A DNA stretch of 64,000 nt from an uncultured Nitrososphaerota archaeon (GCA_963718895.1 CAVRAG010000007.1:160001-224000), one strand, 5' to 3'. Positions 17,907 through 28,299 are shown, numbered from the stretch's first letter. Notes: generated by a model not told the origin, from the letters alone. Translations and numbers: made by a program.

Positions 17907-18499
17907 TAGATCCAGTCGAGGAGCAGCACGTGGAGCTCGTGGGGGCCGTGGACCCCGTAGAGAAGCCGCAGCTCGATATCGGCGGTCTTGCTCGGGCCAG
18001 AGATGAACGAGACGACCGGCTTTACCTCGCCCGATGATCGAATCCTCTCGGCGACCAGCTTGACCGCAGAGGATAGGTCCGGACAGAGGTTCTTCGACGA
18101 GAGCAGGAAGACGCTGACCCGTGGCAGGGAGGAGACGAGCTTGACCGCGTCGTCGTAGGCCATCTCCACCAGAGCGCCCTGTCGAGCGGCGCCGTAGCGG
18201 GCCCAGCTTACCCCCACGTCGGCCTTGGAGATAACCCCGACCGCCTCGGATGGCTTAAGGTCCTCGACGAAGCTGTGCTTCGTCCCCTTGAGCGCAGCCT
18301 CGACGAGCATCTTTGCGGGAGCCGGCAGCCCCCCAGCAACCACCGACTTGGCGTTCGCCTCCCCGACCACGGACTTTATGACGTCGACCGTCGTCTTGGC
18401 GTCTCCGACGGCGTAGGGGATGGTGTGCAGGTTGCGGAGCGCCGCAAAGAAGGCCTCCGGGCTGCCCAGGACAGGGAGCTGGTCGGTGTATTCCTGCAT
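17906..18499 (-). CDS. LUD-domain protein (LutC-like)
   Basis: ISGPSKTADIE...GVHGP. Confidence 0.88.
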   Translation of the reverse strand: MQEYTDQLPVLGSPEAFFAALRNLHTIPYAVGDAKTTVDVIKSVVGEANAKSVVAGGLPAPAKMLVEAALKGTKHSFVEDLKPSEAVGVISKADVGVSWARYGAARQGALVEMAYDDAVKLVSSLPRVSVFLLSSKNLCPDLSSAVKLVAERIRSSGEVKPVVSFISGPSKTADIELRLLYGVHGPHELHVLLLDWI

Positions 18500-18623
18500 G
18501 GCGAGGCCTCGTCGAACCTTTTCTCTATTTTAAGATGATGTGCGCTGTGAACTTCCTGAGAGGCGACGACTCCCGAATCTCGCGGGGCCGGACATTCCGA
18601 GAGACCGGGCCGGAGCTAAGAGC

Positions 18624-18884
18624 TCACTCGGACTCGGCGAGCTCGACGTCCGGTACGACGCCTTCGACCGACCGCACTACCACAAACTCCTGCGGTTCAG
18701 AGAGCGTGACCCCGTTGCTCGCGCCGGGCTCCATGACCTTCAGTTCCGACGTGATGCCCTTCTCGCTGGCGTACTCGCGTAGGGCTCTCTCGGAAAGGAA
18801 TACAGCGACGACGCCGAACCAAGTCCACTCCTCCGACGCTCCCATCTGGTAGAGGACGAAGAGCTCGGTCTTGCGTTCGCTCAT
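18624..18884 (-). CDS. Hypothetical protein (86 aa)
   Basis: ATG 18884, MSERKTELFVLYQMG...; host-like codon usage. Confidence 0.55.
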   Translation of the reverse strand: MSERKTELFVLYQMGASEEWTWFGVVAVFLSERALREYASEKGITSELKVMEPGASNGVTLSEPQEFVVVRSVEGVVPDVELAESE

Positions 18885-19006
18885 GGAGCGACGCCCTCGT
18901 ACGGACCCTAATAACGATAGGCCGCCCGGCGGGCGAACGACCGACGGGGGGTCGCCATGCTTTATAGCGGCCCAGGAGGCTACCACGTAGAAGAGGACCA
19001 GCAGAC

Positions 19007-19897
19007 TTGAAACTAGCAAACTACGAGAAAGGCGGTCTGATCAGGGCGGGCATCGTCAAAGGCGACAGGATCTACGATATCGCCCAAGAGGCTGAGAGCG
19101 CCGGGGAAGCTCGCCTCAAGTCGGTGAGTAGCGTCGACCAGCTGCTCGACGACAGCCTCATTGAGGCTCTGAGGGAGGCAGAGCCCAAACTAACCTCCGG
19201 AAGGGGGGCGCCTCTGAAGTCGGCCAAGCTCAAGAGCCCGGTCCTCTTCCCGGAGAAGATATTCATGGTCGCGGTGAACTACGGCTCTCACGGCAAGGAG
19301 ACGCGCACGCCTCCGCCGCCGTATCCGTACCTCTTTACCAAGTTCAGGAACTCGCTTATCGGGCCCGGCGATGCCATAATCGCGCCCAAGAGCTCTAAGA
19401 AGGTGGATTGGGAGGTCGAGCTGGCCGTCGTCATCGGGAAGGAAGGGAAGAACATCAAGAGGGAGAAGGCCTACGAGTACGTAGCCGGTTACACCGTCTC
19501 GAACGACATCAGCTTCCGCGACTTCCAAGGCCAGAAGAACGAGTCCCTGGGACTCAACTGGGTCAAGGGGAAGGGGTTGGACGCCTCGTTCCCGCTTGGC
19601 CCCTGGCTCGTGACCAGGGACGAGATAGGCGACCCTCACTCGCTGGGGATATCCCTCACCGTAAACGGGAAACAGAAACAGGGCTCGAACACGAAGGAGA
19701 TGATGATCAAGGTAGACGAGCTGGTCGCATATGCCTCGATCGGGACGACGCTCAGGCCGGGAGACATAATCTCGACCGGCACCCCGGAGGGCATCGCCGC
19801 GGCGACGGGAGAGCCCTTCCTCAAGGAAGGTGACGTCGTCGAGGCCAAGGTGGAGAAGATCGGGACCCTTCGCAATCCTGTGAGAGCAGAGGCCTGA
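19007..19897 (+). CDS. Fumarylacetoacetate hydrolase family protein
   Basis: VNYGSH, DWEVELAVVIG, NDIS, KGKGLD, GDIISTGTPEG. Confidence 0.93.
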   Translation: MKLANYEKGGLIRAGIVKGDRIYDIAQEAESAGEARLKSVSSVDQLLDDSLIEALREAEPKLTSGRGAPLKSAKLKSPVLFPEKIFMVAVNYGSHGKETRTPPPPYPYLFTKFRNSLIGPGDAIIAPKSSKKVDWEVELAVVIGKEGKNIKREKAYEYVAGYTVSNDISFRDFQGQKNESLGLNWVKGKGLDASFPLGPWLVTRDEIGDPHSLGISLTVNGKQKQGSNTKEMMIKVDELVAYASIGTTLRPGDIISTGTPEGIAAATGEPFLKEGDVVEAKVEKIGTLRNPVRAEA

Positions 19898-19902
19898 CCG
19901 GG

Positions 19903-20974
19903 TCAGCCCCTCAGCGTCGGGATCGATCTCCTTCGCGAAGCGTTCCAGTGTGCCGGCGCCGCCCAGGACGTTCGAGAGAAGTATGTGGGTCGCGCCTGCC
20001 TTTACGAATCGCGCCACCGACTCCGTGCACTCGGCGGGGGTCCCGACGGCCATCATCTCCGCAATCCCTCGCTCGAGCACATCCTCGGAGACCGGGAGCG
20101 ACCGGTAGGTCTTCTCGAGTATCCTCGCGTAGGCTGGCGTCGGTGCGATTGTCTGGTACTGGAGGGTCTTGGAGACCATCTCGTAGGCCTCCTCCTCGCC
20201 CAGCAGCCTCAGCATGTAGCGGTTTATCACCAGGGCCCGCCTGTAGTACTTCTTCAGGGCATCCATCGTCTTCCTGTCACTGGCGAAGACAACAGGGACG
20301 TTGGCGATCAGGTCGATCTCGCCCCGCTTCCTCCGCGCGGCGCGCGCCGCTTCCAGGACCACGCCCGCCTTCTCGCTGAACGCACCCGGCGAGAAGAACG
20401 AGCCAGGATACCAGCCTTCGGCCAGCTCGCCCGCGATCTCGAGCATGGGCCTCGAGGCGAACGCGCCCACGTACACCGGCGGCCCTGGTTTCTGGATCGG
20501 AGGGAGGCTGAGATGGGCTTCCTTGAAGCTGTAGAGCGTCCCGTCGAAGCCGACCTGACTCTCGAACGAGGAAGACCAGAGCCTCTTGACGACCTTGATG
20601 TACTCCCTGACGCGCCGGACCCGGACCTCGGTCGACTCCCACTCCATGCCGAAGGGCCTCGTGTTCATCACCTCTCCAGCCCCGATTCCGAGCACAGCGC
20701 GCCCCCCGGTCAGGTTGTCGAGCGTCGCGACGGTGTTGGCAGTCTTCGCCGGGTGCATCCTCTGCGTGTCCGTCACCCCGGAGCCCAGCATGACCCTGTT
20801 GGTCTTCGCGCCGATGTAGGCGAGCATCGTCCAGGCGTCGTAGATCGCGGTGGCTGGAGGGATGTCAGTGAGGTGGTCGGGAACCCAGACGAGGTCGTAA
20901 CCGAGCTTCTCCGCCTGGAAGGCTTCCTTGAGCGTCGAGTCCAGAGGCCCGCCCACCCCAATGGAGAACATCAA
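19903..20974 (-). CDS. LLM-class (luciferase-like, probably F420-dependent) oxidoreductase
   Basis: VWVPDH, LDNLTGGRAVLGIGAGE, PPVYVGA; removing one extra base near 19925 gives the terminus FAKEIIPTLRG* at 19903. Confidence 0.88.
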
Positions 20975-21037
20975 TCTCCTGCGGCTCTCGGCGGCCCTGA
21001 CTGGTCGTGGCAACGATCTCGCTCCCGCTGTCAGAGT

Positions 21038-21448
21038 CTACTTCTTCTTTCCGTCCGTCTTAGGCGCGACTATCTCCCACTCCGGCCAGACGGGGAAAGG
21101 AGGAGATGTCGTGACCATGACCTTCATCATGGTCTTCCCGGTGTTCTCGAGCCCGTGTTCGGCGTTGGCGGGGAGGTGGAAGAACATCCCGGGTTCGATG
21201 TCGATGGGCTTGCCGAGCCCGAAGTGGCCCCTTCCGGTCCCCTCCAGCAGGATGTAGACCTCCTCGTTCTCGTGGGAATGAGGGTCGACCCTGCCTCCCG
21301 GCGCTATGTACAGGAGCTGGACGCTGAGGTTTTTCGACGGCGCCTTCGGGTTCTGGGGGTGGACGATCCTGATCCCGAAGCCCCTCTTGAACTCCTTGTA
21401 GAGCATAGGGATGCCGTCTTCCTCGCGTACGATGTTGGCCTTGACCAT
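21038..21448 (-). CDS. Cupin domain protein
   Basis: PHSHENEEVYILLEG...PANAEHGLEN. Confidence 0.88.
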   Translation of the reverse strand: MVKANIVREEDGIPMLYKEFKRGFGIRIVHPQNPKAPSKNLSVQLLYIAPGGRVDPHSHENEEVYILLEGTGRGHFGLGKPIDIEPGMFFHLPANAEHGLENTGKTMMKVMVTTSPPFPVWPEWEIVAPKTDGKKK

Positions 21449-21572
21449 GATTTGGACACGGGCCGGAGGCTCGAACGCTCTATAACCTTTGTTCCGTGCC
21501 TCCCCGACCTTCCGCTCGAGACGCCCGCGAACAGATAAAGCCGGGTGGAGGACGAGAGAGACCGCTGCAAAC

Positions 21573-22406
21573 TTGGCGCGCCAGAACCCTTTGATCCGGG
21601 CCGGAGGAATCAGCTTCAAGGATTATCCGGTTGAGGAGGCCATCGAACGGATGAAGCGGGCGGGATACGACGGGTGGGAGGTCTTCACCCCCCAGATCGC
21701 GAGGGTAAAGACGCCCGAGCTGCTCGAACAGTTCGTCGAGTACACGAAGCGCGCCGGCCTCGAGGTGTGCGCGCTCAACGACAACGACAACGACCAGTTC
21801 CGGCCCTTCGACTCGGAGAGTGGGTTCGAGAGGACCGTACAGCTCATGAAGGAGGGGGTGAGGCTGGCGAACGCCCTCCACGTGAAAGACGTGATGTACT
21901 GGGAAGGCGTCAGGCCGAGGGGGGACAATCGGAGCGACGACGAGCTCCTCAAGGTCGCGACCAGGCTCTACAAGGAGGCGATCTCCTACTCTTCGAGGTT
22001 TGGGGTCAGGTTCCTCGTGGAGCCGCACCCGTTCTCCCTCGGGATGAACCTCGACTACCTGGCCAAGCTCTGTGACGGACTGGACTCGAGGTACTTCGGC
22101 GTTCTCTACGACACTTGCCACTTCGGGGTAGGCAAGCCCAAGGGCTACATCGAGGCGATTCGCTACCTGGGCAAGAGGATAAGGTACATCCACTTCTCCG
22201 ACAGCGACATGAGGACATCCGAGCTCCACTACCCTCTCGGAAGGGGGAAGCTCGACATCGACGGCATCGTTGATGCTTTCGCGGAGATCGGGTACGACGG
22301 CCAGATATCCCTGGACACCTGGGGATACCCGCTCCCGGAGGAGACGTCGAGGATTGGCATCCCGGCACTGAAGAAAGCGTTACGCAAGCTCGGTCTTGAC
22401 AGGTGA
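21573..22406 (+). CDS. Sugar phosphate isomerase/epimerase family TIM barrel
   Basis: GYDGWE, VEPH, YDTCH, IHFSDS, GRGKLD; start estimated. Confidence 0.85.
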   Translation: MARQNPLIRAGGISFKDYPVEEAIERMKRAGYDGWEVFTPQIARVKTPELLEQFVEYTKRAGLEVCALNDNDNDQFRPFDSESGFERTVQLMKEGVRLANALHVKDVMYWEGVRPRGDNRSDDELLKVATRLYKEAISYSSRFGVRFLVEPHPFSLGMNLDYLAKLCDGLDSRYFGVLYDTCHFGVGKPKGYIEAIRYLGKRIRYIHFSDSDMRTSELHYPLGRGKLDIDGIVDAFAEIGYDGQISLDTWGYPLPEETSRIGIPALKKALRKLGLDR

Positions 22407-23769
22407 GTCGCGGATAGAAAACGTATCCGGGAGGCTCGCGGACTTTGCCTCACGCCTGGACCTAGACGAGGTGCCTGAGAAGGTCGTGAGGGTCTCGAAG
22501 CTGAGCATCCTCGACGCCATCGGGACCGCCCTGCTCTCCTCTGGGCTGGAGAAGTCCAAGAAGACGGTCAAGGCGGTCAAGAGCGTCTCCCCTGCCGGAA
22601 GGAGCACCGTCTGGGGGTTCGGGGTCAAGGCCTGGCCCCTCGAAGCCGCACTCCTCAACGGGATGCTCGTCGAGGGCCTCGACTACAGTGACATCCACGT
22701 GGGCGCCGGACTCCACCCGACCTCCGTGATCCTTCCGGCGATCGCGGCGCTGGGGCAGCTCAAGCACGTCAGCGGCAGAGACCTTCTACTCTCTCACGTG
22801 ATAGGTTGTGAGACCATGATACGCCTCGGGCTGAGCGCGCCCGGCCGCTTCCATGCGCGGGGATTCCAGCCGACCTCCATAACAGGGGTGGTGGGGGCGG
22901 CGCTCGCCGTCTCCAGAATCATGGCACTGTCCAAGGACAAGACGGAGGAGGCGATGAGCCTAGCGAGTACGCTGGCCTTCGGCTCTTCGCTCTCGGTCCG
23001 CGTCGGCGCATACTTCGGCGGCGTCGACGCCGGGAGGGCGTCTGAGGGCGGGATCCTCGCGGCGACCCTGGCGGGCGAAGGGATATCGGGCATCGCCACC
23101 GACTCGATCGAGGGCAGGTTCGGCTTCCTCGAGGCTCACGCCGGGCCCGGAAGCTACGACCTGGGACCAGTCACAAGGGGACTCGGCAAAGGCTGGGAGA
23201 TGGAGGACATCTTCCTGAAGCGGTACCCCACGAGCTATGCGTGCACCTCCCTGCTCGACGCCGCTATCAGGATCAAGAGGAAGACGAAGCTTGAGGTCGC
23301 GGAGATAGACGAGGTCAGGTTCGGAGATACGGCTCCGAACATAGGTCTGTTCTCGGAGCCCGAACAGGTGAAGCGCAGGCCCGCCACGATTTACGACGCG
23401 AAGACGAGCCACTATTTCCTTCTCGCCCTTGCCCTAGGCTATGGCGAGGTGAAAGCTCCCATGCTGGGTGCGAGGCTGAAGGACGGGAAGGTCCTTGAGC
23501 TTTCGGACAGGGTCAGATACTCCTTGGACGAGAATAGCCACTGGGTGGAGGTCAGGACAAGGGATGGAAGGGTGTACAGGGAGACCCAGGACAGCCTTCT
23601 CCCGACACCGGAGCGCCTCGTGAGGAGGAAGTACATGGAGAACGCGTCCCAAGCCTTGGGTGTTGAGAGATCGGAGAGGATCGAGTCGGTGGTGGACTCC
23701 CTAGAACGACTGGCCGACGTCGGCGAACTTATCGGTTTGCTCGGAAGGGTCGCGCCCGGTCAGAGGTAG
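22396..23769 (+). CDS. MmgE/PrpD family protein
   Basis: LDAIG, AALLNG, LDYSD, HPTS, GFQPT, KRYPT. Confidence 0.85.
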   Translation: MTGESRIENVSGRLADFASRLDLDEVPEKVVRVSKLSILDAIGTALLSSGLEKSKKTVKAVKSVSPAGRSTVWGFGVKAWPLEAALLNGMLVEGLDYSDIHVGAGLHPTSVILPAIAALGQLKHVSGRDLLLSHVIGCETMIRLGLSAPGRFHARGFQPTSITGVVGAALAVSRIMALSKDKTEEAMSLASTLAFGSSLSVRVGAYFGGVDAGRASEGGILAATLAGEGISGIATDSIEGRFGFLEAHAGPGSYDLGPVTRGLGKGWEMEDIFLKRYPTSYACTSLLDAAIRIKRKTKLEVAEIDEVRFGDTAPNIGLFSEPEQVKRRPATIYDAKTSHYFLLALALGYGEVKAPMLGARLKDGKVLELSDRVRYSLDENSHWVEVRTRDGRVYRETQDSLLPTPERLVRRKYMENASQALGVERSERIESVVDSLERLADVGELIGLLGRVAPGQR

Positions 23770-24569
23770 GGCGAAATTACCCTCCGGATGGCTTCGAGGG
23801 CGGCCTCGTCCGATCCAGATGGTGTGTACTCAAAGCCGAGCCCGCCCTTGTACCCTGCGGAGGCGAGCGCCTCGAGGATGTAGGGGAGGTTCAGCTCGCC
23901 GGTCCCTGGTTCGTGCCTACCGGGGACGTCCGCGAACTGCACGTACCCGATCGCGTCAAGGTTCTCGAGGAGGGTCCTGGTGACGTTCCCCTCGGAGATC
24001 TGCATGTGGTAGATGTCATACAGCATCCTCAGGCTCCTCTGGCCGACCTTCCGCACGATCTCCAGCGTCAGCCGCGAATTGTTCAGGAAGTACATGGGGT
24101 GGTCCCCGTTGTTCAGCGCCTCGAGGAGGAGCACCACGCCCGAGCCCTCGGCTAGGTCGCAGGCGTCCGTCAGCGCGTCGACGATGTTGGTCGCCTTCTC
24201 GTCCGCGGGGATGTCGTTGGCCGCGCCCGGCATCTCGGGCGGTCCAGAACCACCCTCACGCGGCACTAGGCGCTCGCTGAAGACTGTGATGTTCCGGCAA
24301 TCGAGCCGTCGGGCGAAGTCGATGCTCTCCCTGAGCTCTGCTAGGAAGCTTCCCTTCTCCCGGGCGACGGACGTCGAGGAACGAGTCTGTCCGACGAAGG
24401 AATTCAAAGATACCCCGCGCGAAAGCATCCCGCCCGCCAGGGCCCGAGGGTCCTTGGTCCTCCAGTCCCAGATGTCTATTCTGTCGAATCCGTGCGCCGC
24501 GACGCGGGCGGTCCGGTCCTCGACCCTCAGCTCGGGGTAGATCATCTCCGTGCAGACGGAGAAGAACAA
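23760..24569 (-). CDS. Hydroxypyruvate isomerase-like TIM barrel
   Basis: LLEALN, LYDIYHMQISEGN, QFADVPGRHEPGTGELN, GFEY. Confidence 0.88.
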   Translation of the reverse strand: MFFSVCTEMIYPELRVEDRTARVAAHGFDRIDIWDWRTKDPRALAGGMLSRGVSLNSFVGQTRSSTSVAREKGSFLAELRESIDFARRLDCRNITVFSERLVPREGGSGPPEMPGAANDIPADEKATNIVDALTDACDLAEGSGVVLLLEALNNGDHPMYFLNNSRLTLEIVRKVGQRSLRMLYDIYHMQISEGNVTRTLLENLDAIGYVQFADVPGRHEPGTGELNLPYILEALASAGYKGGLGFEYTPSGSDEAALEAIRRVISPYL

Positions 24570-24593
24570 GACGGTCCAAACGCTCCCCCTCGG

Positions 24594-24602
24594 CTTATAA
24601 AT
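24594..24602. promoter_or_regulatory. Palindromic TATA-like box (CTTATAAAT) in a short divergent intergenic region
   Basis: TTATAA at 24595-24600 lies roughly 25-35 nt from both the minus-strand TTG 24569 and the plus-strand TTG 24633. Confidence 0.55.
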
Positions 24603-24632
24603 CATCCAGTCCGGACGGGGACGGGAAGGTCA

Positions 24633-25391
24633 TTGCAGAACACCCTGAAGAGAAAGCTCGAGAGGAACGAGGCGGCCGTCGGGACGTGGATTTCGTCAGG
24701 GAGCCCGACGGTGGTCGACCTGCTGCGGAAACTCCCCTTCGATTGGTTCGTCTTTGACATGGAGCACTCACCGATATCGATCGAGACAGTGGGACGCATG
24801 ATACAGGTCCTCAACGGGAGCACGGCGACACCCCTCGTAAGGGTCGGGCAGATTGACCAGGCGCTCTTCAAGATAGTGCTGGATACCGGCGCCCACGGGA
24901 TGGTAGTCCCGCTCGTGAACTCCCCGGAGGAGGCCGAGCGCGCGGTCCGATTCTGCAAGTACCCTCCGACGGGCGTGAGGGGGGTCGCGGCGACCAAGGC
25001 CTCGGACTACGGGCTGAGCCTTGGGAGTTACATAAGGACTGCGAACGACGAGACAACGGTCATCGCGCAGATTGAGACACCGCAGGCGGTCGAGAGCATA
25101 AGGGAGATAGTCGCGGTGAAGGGCGTCGACATCGCCTTCGTCGGCCCGTCCGACCTCACGATGACCATGGGGCTCCTCGACGACAGGTCGAACCCGAAGG
25201 TCGCCGAGGCGATGCTGAAGGTGGTGAAGGCCTGCGACGAAGCGGGCAAGGCCGCGGGCGTGATGGCCTCGACCCTCGACGAGGCGAGGCTTGCCGTCCA
25301 GAGGGGCTTCAAGTTCATCTCTCTGGCGTCGGACATGCGGCACGTCACGATGGGGGCTAGGTCGTTCCTAGAGTCGGTCGGAAGGACCTAG
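24633..25391 (+). CDS. HpcH/HpaI aldolase family protein
   Basis: DMEH, PLVRV, YPPTGVRG, QIET, FVGPSDL. Confidence 0.92.
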   Translation: MQNTLKRKLERNEAAVGTWISSGSPTVVDLLRKLPFDWFVFDMEHSPISIETVGRMIQVLNGSTATPLVRVGQIDQALFKIVLDTGAHGMVVPLVNSPEEAERAVRFCKYPPTGVRGVAATKASDYGLSLGSYIRTANDETTVIAQIETPQAVESIREIVAVKGVDIAFVGPSDLTMTMGLLDDRSNPKVAEAMLKVVKACDEAGKAAGVMASTLDEARLAVQRGFKFISLASDMRHVTMGARSFLESVGRT

Positions 25392-25393
25392 GC

Positions 25394-26398
25394 TCAGCGG
25401 CGCCTGCGCGACAGCACTTCGGGGTTCAGGACGTCCTGGGGGACCCTGCCCTCGATCGCGTCGATCATCTGGTTCGCGGCGTGGTAGATCATGGCCCGCC
25501 CCGTCCTTGAGCCGTAGCCGAGGTGGGGCGTCATCACCAGGGTGGGCAGTCGCTTCTCGAGCTTGTAGAGAGGGTGCGGGGGCGCGAGAGGTTCGACCGA
25601 GAACGCGTCGACGCACGCGCCCGCGATCCTGCCAGACTCGAGCGCCCTCACGAGGGCGTCCTCGTCGACGACGGCCCCCCTCGCGGTGTTGACGAGGATG
25701 GCCGAGGGCTTCATCCTGGCGAACGCGCCGTCGTTGATTATCCCCCTCGTCGCGGCCGAGAGAGGGGTGTGAAGCGAGAGGACGTCCGAGTCCGCGAGCA
25801 GCCTCTCGAACGAGACGTACTCCATCCCAAGCGACTGCTCGAGGTCGGCCCGCCGGATTACATCGTGATAGATCAGCTTCATGTCGAAGGACTTCGCCCG
25901 CTTGGCGACCTCGCTCCCGATCCTTCCGACGCCCAGCAGCCCGAAGGTCAGGCCATAGAGGTCCGTCACCTGCTTCCCCCAGTGGGTGGTCCTCCACTCG
26001 CCCTCCCTCAGGCTCTCGTTCATCTGCGGGACCCTCTTTGTGAGGCTGAGGAGCAGGGCGAAGGTGTGCTCGGCCATCGCCTGCGCGAGCTCGTGAACCG
26101 GAGCGGTCGTGACAATCACGCCCCTCTCTGTGGCGGCCTTGACGTCGACGGCGTCAAATCCCACCCCGACCCGGGAGACCACTTTCAGCGTCGGGAGGGC
26201 GTCGAAGACCTTTGCAGTGTAGGGTTCGTTCGCCGCGAGCGTTCCCTCTACCCCCTGGATCAACTCGACAAGCTGGTCCTCGCTCATCGCCCCCGTGTAC
26301 GGGTTGCTGATTACCTCGACCCCGTGTGAAGACAGGAAGTCCTTGATGTCCTCGGGGAATCTCGGGTCACGGCCGTTTGCCGCCACATAGCACTTCAA
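25394..26398 (-). CDS. D-2-hydroxyacid dehydrogenase (phosphoglycerate dehydrogenase-like)
   Basis: GVGFDAVD, GVGRIG, VNTARG, DAFSVEP, TPHLG. Confidence 0.92.
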   Translation of the reverse strand: MKCYVAANGRDPRFPEDIKDFLSSHGVEVISNPYTGAMSEDQLVELIQGVEGTLAANEPYTAKVFDALPTLKVVSRVGVGFDAVDVKAATERGVIVTTAPVHELAQAMAEHTFALLLSLTKRVPQMNESLREGEWRTTHWGKQVTDLYGLTFGLLGVGRIGSEVAKRAKSFDMKLIYHDVIRRADLEQSLGMEYVSFERLLADSDVLSLHTPLSAATRGIINDGAFARMKPSAILVNTARGAVVDEDALVRALESGRIAGACVDAFSVEPLAPPHPLYKLEKRLPTLVMTPHLGYGSRTGRAMIYHAANQMIDAIEGRVPQDVLNPEVLSRRRR

Positions 26399-26408
26399 GC
26401 CATCACGC

Positions 26409-27227
26409 TCAGCTGTTGCGAATCCCGATGAGCTTCCGCGCCTCGTCGGGCTTGGCGACCTCTCTCCCCACCTCCCCGGCTATCCTGACCATCCTGGCGA
26501 CGAACTCGCCGCTGTCCTTCGCGAGACGGTCTGGGTAGTAGTACGGGTTGTCCTCGGTCCCGACCCTCAGGTGGTGGCCGAGGAGCAGGGACATCGCCGC
26601 TATCGTCGTCTGGGAGTGGCTCATGATGCTGACACTGCATATCGAGTCTTCCCTCTGCTGCTTCAGCCGGTGGAGCAGCTCGTCCGCAGTAGCGGGTGAC
26701 CAGATTCCACCAGGCCAGTCGAAGAAGAGCGTGACGAAGTGCGGGGGCTTTGCGAGTCCCTTGTCCACAAGGTAGTTCAGGTTCCAGACCGAGCCGGCGT
26801 GCCAGACCTCCCACTCCGGCCTGATGCCGAACTTGGTGCAGAGCCTGCAGTACTCCTCGAGCTCGTCCCTGTTGTGGAGCAGGCTCATCGTCATCCGGGG
26901 GAACGCCTCGTCGTGGTGGTTCAGGATGATTGAGAGCATGTCGGGCTTCATCTTGATGACGGGTAGCCGATCGGGAATCTTCAGGGCGGAGAGGCCGACC
27001 TGGACTATGGCGTCCGTCTGGTCACGAAGGGTCTTGATGACCCGCCTCCACTCGTCCTCGGTGAAGTTCATCCTCCCGTGGATGTGGATCACGGCCGCGC
27101 CTGCTTTCGACGCCGAGATCGCCTCCTCTATGGCGTCGTCTGCGGTCTTGGCGTTGTTCCTTGCGTCCGGATAGATCCAGGACGGGGCCACGGTTGACGT
27201 TATGATTAGGGGTGACTTCTTGTCCAT
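26409..27227 (-). CDS. Beta-keto acid cleavage enzyme (BKACE/DUF849 family)
   Basis: GAAVIHIH, RPEWE, LRVGTEDN. Confidence 0.88.
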   Translation of the reverse strand: MDKKSPLIITSTVAPSWIYPDARNNAKTADDAIEEAISASKAGAAVIHIHGRMNFTEDEWRRVIKTLRDQTDAIVQVGLSALKIPDRLPVIKMKPDMLSIILNHHDEAFPRMTMSLLHNRDELEEYCRLCTKFGIRPEWEVWHAGSVWNLNYLVDKGLAKPPHFVTLFFDWPGGIWSPATADELLHRLKQQREDSICSVSIMSHSQTTIAAMSLLLGHHLRVGTEDNPYYYPDRLAKDSGEFVARMVRIAGEVGREVAKPDEARKLIGIRNS

Positions 27228-27273
27228 GCAGAGCCGTGGAGTGCAACCTACGTTATTTAATCGCGACGGGGCG

Positions 27274-28299
27274 TCAGCCCAACTTCAGGACGACCCTTCC
27301 GGAGGCGCCCCGGGCGACCCTGCCCAAGGCCCTGTTTGCGTCCTCGAGCGCGAAGACCTCCGAGATGACCGGCCGCACGACCCCCCTTCCGAGGAGCTCG
27401 AGCGCAGCCTGCATGTTCATGCGGGAGCCGTTGCGAGAGCCCACGACCTCCAGTTCGCGCTGAGCGATCGCAGTGGTATCAGCGGGGAGACGGGCTTCCT
27501 CTTCACCGACAATCACAATTCTTCCGCACCGCCTCACCATGGCGAGGGCGTCCTTCATCGACTCGTCAGAGCCGACGCAGTCGAAGACCACGTCTATCCC
27601 GTCGGGCGAGACGCCACGCGAGAGACCCCCGATGCTTGGGTCTCCGGCCCGCCACGCGGCGTCGGCGCCGATGCTTCTCGCGACGGCGAGCTTCGACTCA
27701 CTCCTGCTGACCGCGATCACACGCTTGTTGAGGTGCTTCAGGAGCTGGATGACCACCTGGCCCACCCCTCCCGCCCCCACCACCGCCGCCGAGGACGCAG
27801 TTCCGAGACCTCCCCTGTCGTAGACGGCGTGCACCGAGGTGATTACAGCGTCCGCCGCAAGCGCGCCGAGGTCGAACGGGACGCTCTCGGGAAGAACGAA
27901 GAGGTTTCGGGCCGGGGCCTTGAACATCTGGGCGAACGCGCCGTTGGTCGTCACTCCGATTATGCCCCCGAGGTCGGCGCACATGCTGTCCCTTCCGCTG
28001 CGGCAGTACCAGCATCGGCCACAGGTGATGAACAGGTAAGGGACTACCCTGTCCCCGGGCTTGAGTCCCGTCACCCCGGCGCCAACCTTCGCCACCACCC
28101 CTGACGGTTCGTGGCCCAGGATGTGGGGGAGCTTGGGCACGTATCCCTTCCCCTCCACTATGTGCAGGTCGGTCCCGCAAATCCCGCAGAACTTTGTCTC
28201 GACGAGCACTTCGTCGCCCGAAATCCCCGGGACCGGGACGTCCTCGATTGAGAGTGGCTTCCCAAGCTCCGAGAGGACTGCGGCTCTCATCTGACTCAC
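27274..28299 (-). CDS. Zn-dependent alcohol dehydrogenase
   Basis: CGTDLH, GHEPSG, CGRCWYC...C, GAGGVG. Confidence 0.92.
   Translation of the reverse strand: MSQMRAAVLSELGKPLSIEDVPVPGISGDEVLVETKFCGICGTDLHIVEGKGYVPKLPHILGHEPSGVVAKVGAGVTGLKPGDRVVPYLFITCGRCWYCRSGRDSMCADLGGIIGVTTNGAFAQMFKAPARNLFVLPESVPFDLGALAADAVITSVHAVYDRGGLGTASSAAVVGAGGVGQVVIQLLKHLNKRVIAVSRSESKLAVARSIGADAAWRAGDPSIGGLSRGVSPDGIDVVFDCVGSDESMKDALAMVRRCGRIVIVGEEEARLPADTTAIAQRELEVVGSRNGSRMNMQAALELLGRGVVRPVISEVFALEDANRALGRVARGASGRVVLKLG

Noticed and set aside
19190-19902. 607-aa LLM protein overlapping the FAH gene antisense
   Set aside because: One extra base near 19925 hides the stop at 19903; the extension is just the antisense of FAH.
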